Below, piece by piece: positions 23,789 through 34,759 of a stretch of 64,000 nucleotides of DNA. A program made the translations under genes and the position numbers. Source of the stretch: an uncultured Methanosarcinaceae archaeon (lineage in GTDB: Archaea; Halobacteriota; Methanosarcinia; Methanosarcinales; Methanosarcinaceae); contig CAVRJG010000045.1 in the NCBI GenBank assembly GCA_963721455.1, positions 32,001-96,000 on the forward strand. Direction: 5' to 3'. The notes beneath the pieces are model-generated. The model saw nothing but the letters and a program-made list of their open reading frames with translations. It ran no database searches and was not told the origin of the DNA. Positions within the stretch are counted from its first letter, which is position 1; every line of letters begins with the position of its first letter.

Positions 23789-24095
23789 ATGATCAATGCC
23801 GCAACAAACAAGCGCGATAAAGCAATAATTGCGTTACTCTGGGACATCGGTGCTAGAATAGGGGAGATTGGTAGTTTGCGCGTAAAACACGTTAAATTCG
23901 ATGATCTTGGTGGTATAATCATCGTAAATGGTAAAACTGGTCCTAGACGAGTTAGAGCTGTCTGGAGTGTAGATTATCTTAAAGACTAGCTTGAAGAACA
24001 TCCTGGTAATAATGATCCTGAAGCCCCCATGTGGTTTAATTTTGCCAAAAAGGTAGAGGAGTTAGAGTCGATGCAATACGATGCGATTCGAATTT
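23789..24095 (+). pseudogene. Second tyrosine integrase fragment with in-frame TAG
   Basis: RDKAIIALLWDIGARIGEI...GKTGPRRVRAVWSVDYLKD*LEEHP..DPEAPMW; paralogous to 21520-22110. Confidence 0.8.
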
Positions 24096-24204
24096 CAAAG
24101 TAATACTGAGTTATAATACATTATTATAATATTTGGAATACTCATTTACATAGCGAATTTTTTGTTAGGCTTTACGAAAAAAGTGTCTCTTGTTTTGTAT
24201 AAAT

Positions 24205-24437
24205 CCTACATTCGGCAGGTCGACATTCGATATTGGAACTTTTTACTTATGGCGTTTTTCAAACATTATGCAAATATATTGGGTTTGTAACTGGTTAACG
24301 TATAACCCAAATCTCACGACATATGAACAATGAACCATTTTTGCAATAACATTTGGTATCAGATAATATGTGTTTTCCAGCAAAAACGCTAGCAGTAAAA
24401 ATATTGCGAAAAATACAAGTTACCTGCCGAAAGTAGG
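24205..24437. mobile_element. MITE, copy 1 (TIR CCTAC(A/T)TTCGGCAGGT, ATAAAT direct repeats)
   Basis: Terminal inverted repeats flanked on both sides by ATAAAT; homologous to 55259-55535. Confidence 0.75.
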
Positions 24438-24891
24438 ATAAATCAGAAACTCAATTGATTATTCGAAATACGGAATTCTGAGAAACAATATTGAGTTTTG
24501 GGATCAGCTCATTATAAACGTGAAACTTTAAAGTTACACTTTAGATACATAAGGGCTTAATGTTACTGGTTTTCAGTTCAAGTACGTAAGTTCTACTTAA
24601 AAAGGGGTATAATGGACTTGAAATTTTTTACGTCAAACAATTTTTTGCTTGAATACAATTTTTGATATAATTTATTTAATATAATTTATGATATTACTAT
24701 GTGCTGGAGTTGGGGTATCATCAAAAAGAATTTCCCAGAGGTTGCTGATTCTTCTTCGAATGAATCTGCTTGGGGGAGCATAAATTCGGAGAAACTGTAT
24801 TGGGGAATACAGTAACAGCACCTCTGGGCTTCTTCTTGCATTACTGAAGATTCTTTATCAAATATAAAATGGAAATTCAAGGGGTTTATTT

Positions 24892-25032
24892 ATGAAACAT
24901 CTAAAAACATGTCCAAAATGCCACGCTAACCTGAAATTGCACTCAGGCGGCGAAACCCAGTATTGTAGTATTTGCAGTTACTGGACAAAAGTAGGTACTG
25001 CAAGACTCGATTCAATAATGATTTACGGATGA
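24892..25032 (+). CDS. 46-aa zinc-ribbon microprotein
   Basis: MKHLKTCPKCHANLKLHSGGETQYCSICSYW...; CxxC-14-CxxC, AGGGG upstream; below the ORF-track cutoff. Confidence 0.6.
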   Translation: MKHLKTCPKCHANLKLHSGGETQYCSICSYWTKVGTARLDSIMIYG

Positions 25033-25718
25033 TCTGCATGATGAACGCTGGGCTTTTAATATCTGGGATCTTAAAAATTTATATTTGTTTTTTCTAGTGA
25101 CTGAAATTAATCAAGAAAACATAAAACGAGGGATAAAATGGAACACGAGATCGAAGAAGTCGAGAGAGATTACATCGAATTTAGAAAAGAAATGGGAGAG
25201 GAATAAACACAGAAAGAGTAAACTAACCTCTCAGTAGTCCATAAACGCATCCGACAACCTTCAAAATCTCCAACGGTCTCCAAAGAGTTAAACAAATGCT
25301 GGAGCTCATCCCAAAATAAAAGTTCCAGAACTAGATTCAATGACACAAAACTCGATTGATTGTTCAAATCCGAGATTCAGGGAACCAATTTTAAGTTTGA
25401 GGATGAGCTCAAGTAGAAATCTATGTGCTTAGAACTATATTGGCAGGGAACATGTTTCTAAGTACAACCTGACTACATACTAACTTAAGTTTTCACCAGG
25501 TATTCTATTAGAGAATATCATTGATTTCATGAAAAAATATATAATAGTGAAGTTATAATATTGAATTCAGGATAGCTCTATTTTATAGGGCATAAACACT
25601 CTCCACTTTTATTATATTGTATATTCCTATTACATTTATAAATTATTTAAAAATGTGCCCCGTTTTTCTAAAAATTTGGTCAACGTTATTGAGGCTATCG
25701 ATGTTATTGAGCTATATT

Positions 25719-26730
25719 TGTTTTATCCTGAAATAATTTCGCTTTGAAACTTTTTTCCTTTTGTCCATATTTTCACAGCCCAAACAATCTCGTTCCTATT
25801 CTGAATTTTGCCTCAATTGGAAGTCTATTCCAGAATGCATCTTGTGGTGACTCTAATTGTTCAAGTTTCAAAGCTCCGTGAGGTCTCTGTTGTACCATTG
25901 GACGAATTCCTCGAACGATTCAAACTCTCCTCTAAACCTCTGATATGTATCGAACCATTTCTCTATTTTTCCGTTTGTCTGAGGATGTCTGACCCTTGCG
26001 AGTATTGGTTTAATTCCAAGTTCTCTAATTCTCGTTTTAAATTCACTACTCCATGAACCATCCTCATTAATCCTGTGAGCTCCGAATTCACTTCCATGAT
26101 CCATGATGAGCTCCCTTAAAGGACATATATCCCAGTACTCTCTGACAAGTTCATCAATCACTTTAATGGTGTTATCCGTATTACAATGAACGTACTCCCC
26201 TCCTGCAATAATCATTCTTGACGAATCGTCAAGAATGGCACAGACTTGCAGACCTAATAAAGGGTTTTCATGCCAATCAATGTGTGCAGCAGACATGCTG
26301 TGTTCACGTTCGTATCTACACCATTTTCTTCTCTGTTTCTTTTTCCGGTTTTCACTGGCAAGGTTCATACCGAGTAGATAGTTATGGATTCTGTTATGAG
26401 ATATCTTACGATGATATTTGCCTTCGATGAGAATCTCAAGGTAACAGGCTCCAAAATTATACTCGGAGTAAGTTTGGTCAATTAACTCCTTATCGTCGGA
26501 TGATAACGGTTTACGTGGCCTTCCAAGGTTATTACCAACGTGAGGAAGCTGATCAGTTTCAACGTATTCTTTATAAATTTGCTGAACTCGACGGGCTGAG
26601 ATCCCCTGGATCTCAGCTATCGTCGAGGTAGATTCCCCCTTCAACTTTTGAGCAATGATCCAACGTATCTTTTTCCCGTTAAGTTTCACAATAGATAAGG
26701 GATTACAACCAACATAGTTAGCGCGAAATA
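25719..26730 (-). mobile_element. IS481-family element
   Basis: TGT end at 25719; other end shortened (GCGAAATA); GCTATATT on both flanks. Confidence 0.8.
25773..26689 (-). pseudogene. IS481-family transposase with C-terminal frameshift
   Basis: HTH, DDE core (IDW, LDDSSR, DHGSEF, PQTNGKIE); after WYN the RPHGAL..SP tail continues in another frame to a stop at 25773. Confidence 0.8.
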
Positions 26731-27067
26731 GCTATATTAGATTTTTATTTATAAAAAAAGGCGTTTTATTGATACATTTCAAAGTGGATCGATGAGCCAA
26801 TAAATTTACTAAGTTCCTCAGGTAACTAACTCTGCGCCAACATATGTGATCTGATTATACAAATGGGCATGTCTATGTAATAGATAGAATTTTTTGTTTT
26901 TTTTGAAAAATTAATTTATGAAAGCTATAGCCCAGAAGCCTATCATTCTTATATTGTCGTCAACCTTTCAGAAATGAAATATAGTATGGTCTCCTTCTTT
27001 ATCTCTTACTGTTACAGAAATATCGTCGTTATTAAGTCGCAAACTTGAGATTCTATCTTGATTCACG

Positions 27068-28335
27068 GGCAGTGTGCCTAATTTTCTGTAAAATTTACTC
27101 TCTACCCCTTCGTCTTCTTTTTTGATTACTGTTCCATTACTATATACTTGTTTCCTGTGATCCAGTCTTCATTTATATCAATTAGTATTGAGACTACAAG
27201 TCTCAATACTGAGTCCTGGTTAGGAAATGCTCCAACTACCTTGCTTCTTCTTTTGAGTTCCTTGTTAGTCCTTTCCATCATATTTGTTGTCCTTATTTTT
27301 TTCCAGTGTTTTTCTGGAAACTGCATATAGTTCATTACATCATACTGAAAACTTTCAAGGGTATCAGCTGCGCTTTTATACCCCATACTGTCCAGTTCCC
27401 TAATCAGGTGATTCAAGTTCTGACGGTCGACTAATGCTTCTTTTATCTTCTCAGCCACTTCTTTCTGCTTCTTTTTTGGCACCTTCTTGAGAACTTGTCT
27501 TGTCAGATGTACATGACACATCTGCCAACTTGATCCAATAAAGGATTCTCTGACTGCTTTCTGTATTCCTTTATGACCATCAGAAACGATTAACTTGACA
27601 CCTCTTAACCCTCTTTCTTTCAGATCCTCGAATAGATCTTCCCAGAACATAGAAGCTTCACTGTCTGCCAATCTTGTTCCAAGTATCTCTCGGTAACCGT
27701 CATCCCTGATTCCAGCAACTACGAAGAGAGCTTTGTTTTCATAATGAAGCCCATCTCTTACCTTGAAATAAGTCGCATCAATAAACAAGTAAGGAATTTC
27801 ATGTTCTATTCGTTTTGAGAGGAATTCTTCAACCTTCTCATCCAGTTCTTTAGTAATCCTGGAAACAGAAGAGGCTGAGATTTCACCTACTCCTAAAGCG
27901 ATCATGATCTTTTCCACCCTACGGGTGGAAACACCCTGAAGGTAAGATTCCGCTATAGCGGTTAAGATGGCCTTTTCAACTCTCGAATATTTCTCAAAAA
28001 CCTGGGTTTCAAAGGGAAACTCACGGAATTGAGGCTTTGACAATTCAAGTTTTCCATGCTTGGTCAGAAGAGTTCGGGGTTTGTAGCCATTTCTACTGGC
28101 TTTACGTGAATCAATCCGCTCATAACGTTGTGCGCCAGCTTGGAGGAGGGCTTCCTCCTCCATTATAAGGTTTAAAAACCAGGTAATTAGCTGGCGAATT
28201 CCATCTTCCTGATCGACAAGATAATCTTTTATAAGTGAGAATAAATTAACCATTGACTCTGCATCCTGTTTTTTTGTGGTGAAAAGAAAAGGATACAGAG
28301 TCAATCATATTTTACAGAACTTTCGGTACACTGCC
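27068..28335 (-). mobile_element. IS256-family element, intact
   Basis: TIR GGCAGTGT...TTCTGTAAAAT at both ends; 9-bp TSD TGATTCACG at 27059-27067 and 28336-28344. Confidence 0.93.
27126..28253 (-). CDS. IS256-family (Mutator) transposase
   Basis: RNGY, GVSTR, IDA, SDGHKG, WQMCHVH, RTTN..ER.NKE.KRR. Confidence 0.93.
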   Translation of the reverse strand: MVNLFSLIKDYLVDQEDGIRQLITWFLNLIMEEEALLQAGAQRYERIDSRKASRNGYKPRTLLTKHGKLELSKPQFREFPFETQVFEKYSRVEKAILTAIAESYLQGVSTRRVEKIMIALGVGEISASSVSRITKELDEKVEEFLSKRIEHEIPYLFIDATYFKVRDGLHYENKALFVVAGIRDDGYREILGTRLADSEASMFWEDLFEDLKERGLRGVKLIVSDGHKGIQKAVRESFIGSSWQMCHVHLTRQVLKKVPKKKQKEVAEKIKEALVDRQNLNHLIRELDSMGYKSAADTLESFQYDVMNYMQFPEKHWKKIRTTNMMERTNKELKRRSKVVGAFPNQDSVLRLVVSILIDINEDWITGNKYIVMEQ

Positions 28336-28581
28336 TGATTCACGTTCCCCTCACTTTTCAAGTCATGTACTTTTTTCGCTTTTAAACGAGTGCTTCGATT
28401 CCAAAATAGATTCATTATTTACTGAATTCGTAGTCGATGAATAGATTCCAAAGCCAAGTTTTGTGAACCTACTTCGGAATCGCAGTATTAGTAACAGGTT
28501 AAGGTTTATGAAAAGTTATAAAGAATGTTAGAGTGTATTAAGTATTAACATTCTTTGAATTTTGGGGGGCAAAGAGAATAG

Positions 28582-31363
28582 ATGGAAAATAAACAAAAGT
28601 TGTATTCAATAGCTTTAGCTTCAGCAACCTTAGTTTTGGTGTTTTTAATTTTAATTTCATCCGTAGCGTCAGCGGCACAGGTGACGAGAATTGGCAGTGG
28701 CTCTGATCCTGCTATTTATGGTAGCAAAGTGGTATGGACAAATGGTGGTGTTATGCATGTTTATGATTTGACCGCCAAAACAGATACTACAGTTAGCTCT
28801 TCTGCAGCATCTTATCCAGCTATTTACGGCAATAAATTAGTGTGGCATGATGAGAGCAGTGGAGTGCCAAAACTCACGGTTTATGATATACCTTCGGGTG
28901 CTCGTTCTTATATTACAAAAGATATAGACAGCAACAGTATTCCCGCTATTTACGGCAATAGAATAGTATGGAGTGCAAATTCCAACATTTATATGCGTGA
29001 TATATCTACCTCAACACAAGCTTGGATAGCATCTGGTGGGGAACCAGACATACACGATACCAAAATAGTATATTCTTATGATGATGGTGATATGCCACGT
29101 ATCTATGTGTATGATGTTATCACCAAGGAAACTATAACAGCAAGCCCACATTCTGGCCATCTGTCTCAACCACACATTTATGGTAATAAAGTTATATGGT
29201 CGGATTTCTACACCAGAATGGGATACATCTCCATGTATGATATTGCCACTAGCAAGACTATAGATGTCACTAGTGACAATACTTATAGTGGTGATCCTAA
29301 TAATCCAGACGCAGGCGATGATACCGGCACTCACACTGATATAAATGGAGACAAGGTCGTGTACGCAAAATCTGGTACTGATCAGTTTGGTAGTGCTGGA
29401 GTTTATGTATACAGCATTTCTACAGGACAAAGCACTCAAGTAGCTAACTACGAAAATGGTGTACTTACAACACCAGATGTATATGGTAGTACTATTGTAT
29501 GGGGAATAGGAGGTGACTCTGGTGGGGTTAATGATAACGGCATCTATATGAGTGATCTTTCTGCCATAAACACCTTGCCACCATTAGTTGCGTTTACTGC
29601 TAATGTAACTTCTGGAGCTGCACCTTTAGTTGTGCGATTTACTGATACCAGCACTGGAGGAGTACCTACTGCATGGCTCTGGGATTTTGGGGACGGGATT
29701 GACTCAAAACATGCAACGAATGCAACGCACACATTTACAAAACCCGGCACATACAACGTTACTCTAACGGTAACCAATGCCACTGGCAACAATTCTGTAA
29801 CCAAACCAGGTTATATCACTGTGACATCAGTCACTCCGGTTGTAAAACCTGTTGCAGATTTCTATTCTCCAGAAGTGGAACAGGCTCGCTCAACCGGTGA
29901 AGGTGTTAGTTCATCAACGGCCATATCGTTTATCGATAATAGCACAGGATCACCAACATCATGGCTTTGGGACTTTGGAGACGGTAGCACATCAACAATC
30001 CAGAATCCAACCCATACATATGCAGGTGACGGTGGATATATTGTTAATTTAACTGCAACAAACGTCGTTGGTAGCGATACAATAAGCAAATATGGTTATG
30101 TACTTGCTGGAATAAGCGGTCCTGCTTCTGCTACAAGTTTCTCATCAAATGTGACATCTGGAAATGCACCACTTACTGTATTATTTCATGATGACGGTGA
30201 GGAAGATATAATCTCAAGATTATGGAGTTTTGGCGATAATACTAGCCTATACAACCAAGTTGAAGGTAACGAAGAAAACGCAACATTATATGCAACTCAT
30301 ACATATGAAAAACCTGGAAAATATACTGTTATGCTCAAAGTATCTGGTCGCGCTGATAGGGGTATTATAACCAAATACAATTATATTGAGGTTACCGATA
30401 ATCTAGCACCTGTCGCAGAATTCACATTAAACGTAACATCTGGCGCTGCACCATTGAGTGTGTTGTTTAATGACACAAGCGTGGGATCACCAACATCATG
30501 GAAATGGAATTTCGGAGATGGAATCGAATCTTCAACCAGAAACGCCACTCATACTTTCACTAAACCAGGAACCTATACTGTTAGCCTGACTGTAAGTAAT
30601 GCGAACGGTACTGCCTCAAAAACTAGTACAATAACTGTCACACAAGAAAGCAGTTCCAGTAGCGTCTCCAGTGGTGGCGGCGGAGGCGGATCTCCTGAGA
30701 CTGCAAAAAATGTTGAGGTAAAGGAACTTTCGCAGACATTTATCTCAAACGGAAAACCTGTAAAGTTTGATTTCGCAAAGAATGCCACCTGCGTTGTTTA
30801 TGTGACTTTTGATGCAAAGAAGACTGCCGGCAAGACTACCGCCATTGCCGAGCAGCTCAAAGGAAAATCAACTCTTGTTTCAGAGCTGAATGCGGGTGAG
30901 GTATACAAATACTTCAACGTATGGGTTGGAACCGGGGGATTTGCAACCTCAAAGAACATTGAAAACCCAGTGGTATGTTTCAAGGTTGAAAAATCCTGGA
31001 TAAAAGATAAAAAGATCGACCAGGCTTCTATCACCCTTAACAGATACAGCGAGAAAAAATGGTCAGCAACTGCCAGTAACCCTGTTAAGAGAAGACAATA
31101 AGTACCTGTATTTCACAGCACAAACGCCCGAATTCTCGTTCTTTGCAATAACAGGGAAACCAGGAGAAAATGAATCCGGGAATGCGGAAAAACCTGAAAC
31201 CAGCACTCAGGATATCAAACAGAATAACACGTCACTCGACATTCAACAGGAACAAAAACCTGGACAGGAACCCGAACAGGAAAAACTAACAAGCATACCA
31301 GGATTTGGAACGCTTTGCGGGGTAGCTTGCCTTATTACGGCATTCCTGCATAAAAGAAAGTAA
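28582..31363 (+). pseudogene. Cell-surface protein (beta-propeller + 4 PKD + PGF-pre-PGF + PGF-CTERM) frameshifted near 31063
   Basis: Signal peptide, PAIYG..VW repeats, WDFGDG repeats; alternate frame continues LPVTLL..DNKYLYFTA...IPGFG-TM-KRK* to 31363. Confidence 0.8.
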
Positions 31364-31423
31364 AAAAGGCAAAATCCAAAATTCGATGTGAAAACGAGGG
31401 GTTAATCCTCTCACATATTTTTG

Positions 31424-31498
31424 ATTTTTTTGTTTAATGCCCTCTTTTAGTGGAGTGGCAAAGAATGGACAACGATTTTTATAATTTGAACCTTAATA
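31424..31498 (+). repeat. ~75-bp near-identical copy of the tRNA-Thr-proximal integrase 5' end (21479-21553)
   Basis: GTGGAGTGGCA.AGAATGGACAACGATTT.TATAATTTGAACCTTAATA at both sites. Confidence 0.9.
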
Positions 31499-31739
31499 TC
31501 TGATTTTTGGATTCCTTTTAAGCTCACTTGAAATTCTCAAAATCTCCTTCTATGTTTTTGAGCGTGGTCCTTGGTAGTTCTACGTAAAATTAGCTTCGAT
31601 CTTACCCTCTCCATCGACAAATTCCATCAAATTAGAGGAATTATATAAAGATGAGATTTAAGAAAAGGTTTAAGCTTAAAGGAAATCTTTGATTATATAC
31701 ATTAAACTTTATTAATATAAGACAAAGGATGATAGATAA

Positions 31740-33513
31740 ATGGAAAATGAGGAAAATTTCAATTCATTACCCCTGGCGTCAATATCCCTAGTTTTATTTT
31801 TAACTCTCGCTTTATTTACGGCATCAGCAGCTCCTGCAGCAGCTGAAAATCTCACGGTTCACTTTATAGATGTGGGACAAGGTGACTCAATTCTCCTGCA
31901 ATATGGGGACAAGGATATGCTTATTGATGCTGGAGAGAGAAGTACAGGTGATGATGTAGCTAAATACATAACGAGCGAAGGGATCACATCGCTTGATTAC
32001 GTGGTCGCTACGCATCCGCATGCAGATCATATCGGTGGCGTGTCTGATATCCTCAAAACCTTCCCAGTCGGAAAGTTCTTAGATAGCGGGTACCCGCATA
32101 CTTCGGGGACGTACGAATACATGCTCGAAACAATCGACAGTAATAATATTCCCTTTACAACAGTAAAGCGTGGCGACAAGATCGACTTTGCTTCGGGTGT
32201 TGTTGTAGAGGTCCTGAATCCGGGAAACTCGTATTTCACTGATGATCTCAACCAAAACTCAGTAGTTTTAAAGGTTACTGATGGAAGCGTATCTTTCCTG
32301 CTTATGGGTGATGCCGGAATAGAAGCAGAAGATGCCATAATGAAAGACGGCTACAATGTTGATGCCGATATCCTTAAAGTAGGACACCACGGGAGCAGCA
32401 CTTCCAGTGGGGAAACTTTCATTTCGGCTGTGAGCCCTGCTGTGAGTATCATCGAAGTTGGTGCCGGGAATGAGTATGGACCACCCACACACTGAGGCAC
32501 TTGAAACGCTACAAAAAGCCTCAATGGTTTACAGAACAGATGTTGATGGTACAGTCACCGTAACAACAGATGGATCTGCCTATACAGTAACAACGGAGAA
32601 AACAACAGTTACAGGTTCTACAGTACTATCAGAAACTCCAACTAAAACTCCAACAGAGAATCTAACTGAAACTCCAACAGAAACTCTAACTGAAACTCTA
32701 ACTGAAACTCCAACAGAAACACCTGATCAAACTCCAACAGAAATCCCAACTGAGACTCCAACAGAAGCACCTGCAGAAGAAGCCGAAGACACTGGGAGCA
32801 GTTCTGGAGGCAGCCATCACAGCTCCGGATCATCCGGTGGATCTACAGGTGGATCTCCTGAACCTCAAAAGAATGTGGAGTTTAAGGACACAACTAAGGC
32901 CTTTATTCCTAATGAGAAGCCTGTATATTTCAATTTCATAAACAATGTTACTATAGTCAATTACATAAGCTTCACATCAAAGAAAACCGTAGGCAAAACT
33001 ACAGCAATTGTTGAGAACCTGAAGAATAAATCTGAATTGGTTTCAGAATTTCCTGAAGGGATTATCTATAATTCCTTTAACGTCTGGGTTGGAAACGGTG
33101 GCTATGGAAACTCTGACAACATTATAAATGCAACCATAAATTTCAAGGTTGAAAAACCCTGGATCCAGGAAAATAACATAGATCCTTCTTCTATTGTGCT
33201 GTATAAGTATGATGACGAGAAGAAAGAATGGGTGAAGCTGCCAGTAAACCTGGCAAACGAAGACGATCAGTCCCTGCATTTCACAGCAAAAGTGCCTGGG
33301 TACTCTTCTTTTGTAATAACCGGTACAAAAGGTGAACGCAATACAACAGCCACAGAACCTGCTCAAACAGTAATAAGCAGTAATGAAAGCGATAATGCGA
33401 GCAATATTGCAAGTAACGAAGCTGAAGAAAACCCGAAGTCGCCTGGGTTTGGCATAATCAGTGGAGTGATCTGCCTACTATGTATATTCTTGTCCAGAAT
33501 TAAAGAAAGATAA
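31740..33513 (+). pseudogene. Secreted ComEC/Rec2-like MBL-fold hydrolase + Thr/Glu/Pro linker + PGF-pre-PGF + PGF-CTERM, frameshifted at ~32481
   Basis: FIDVGQGDS, THPHADHIGG, KVGHHGS; GNEYG-HPH motif split by one extra C; C-terminal PGF-TM. Confidence 0.85.
32625..32775 (+). repeat. 12-bp coding repeats (ACTGAAACTCCA-type) encoding a TETP linker
   Basis: About 11 degenerate 12-mers. Confidence 0.8.
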
Positions 33514-33875
33514 AGTAGTGTGAATTATAGTTAATAGTGGAGGTCTTTTATCAAATATGGCAAGTGGGTAAATTCCCCTTTCTTGCCATATTTTAAAGCC
33601 ATCCTATTTTTTGAGTAATTGGCTTCTGATGCTTGATTACAAAGTTTAAAAATTTGAAAAATTTCCGAATTAAAAATAATCAATTGAGTTTCTGATTCTG
33701 AAAAAGTTCTGAAGCCTTCGCTGTTGAAGATGAAATTGATTTTGGATGAACCCTATAATGACTAGCACAGCTACTGAATTATACTGGGAACTAAGCAAGC
33801 CCCATCTGGAACAATGATGGGGAATAAGGCATATTTTTATGATAATAATGGAAAACTGGTTTCCACACTGGAGAG

Positions 33876-34133
33876 ATGGAAATGGAGAGTTTTAAAGTTA
33901 CATTAGACAGGATTGAAGAAGGTATTGCAGTATTGCTTGTGAGAAATGAAGAGACAATAAAAATTAATATTCCTCTCTTTTTATTGCCTCCTGAAAGCAG
34001 AGAAGGAGATATTCTGGATATCACTATTGACAAAGATATGAAAGAGACAGAGGATGCAAAAGAGAGAGTATTGAGTTTGCTTGAGAAGCTTAAGAAAAAG
34101 AATCAAGAAAGAAACAAAATGAAGCTACCTTAA
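33876..34133 (+). CDS. DUF3006 family protein
   Basis: TLDRIEEGIAVL...LP...REGDIL...ET...LL.KL; follows the ComEC-like gene. Confidence 0.8.
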   Translation: MEMESFKVTLDRIEEGIAVLLVRNEETIKINIPLFLLPPESREGDILDITIDKDMKETEDAKERVLSLLEKLKKKNQERNKMKLP

Positions 34134-34759
34134 ATTGTGTAATTATTTAGAAAAGCGAGAGGTAGATGGGTGGGTGAAGCAGGCCCGTCCTGGCTTGAGG
34201 AGACAGGATGGAACAATTAGACCTGTCTAGACGTGATTGAAAACCCTAGCCGATTGGGTCTATATAACATAATCAATTACAAACTATTTAAATTCCATTT
34301 TTGAGTTTATGTTGAACATAATAAATGTAGGATTTAGAAAATTTTAGAAAATTTATATAGAGTGATCTCAAATATTAAACCCTTATCAGTACACTGGAAT
34401 GCGCTAAAGTTACTGTACGTCAGTTTCTTTTTAATGAAATCACCTTAGTTATGACAATAAAAAGATTATTTTCCTTATTTTACCCCTTTTGACTATTTTC
34501 TGAGCAAGATCCCATCATCAGGCAAATAATCTGTGTATATTACTTGAGAATCCTTACCCTTGAGATATTTATTAAAGAAATCAAGGAACAGCATGTTAAT
34601 GATACTTCCATTCTACATTTCTTAAAAATACTCTGAAAAAATCAGATCGACTGAGATTAGGGTCTAAGCAGTCTCACTCTGGAGAAACGAACCCATACCC
34701 CGCCGTACTGACGGCTGCCAGAACGTCGAAGAGTTTTACTGCCTTGGGTTATCGTCTCA

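Noticed and set aside
34150-34690. Possible ncRNA or IS-end remnants (CAGAGTGAGACTGC-like)
   Set aside because: No matching second end or recognisable structure found by eye
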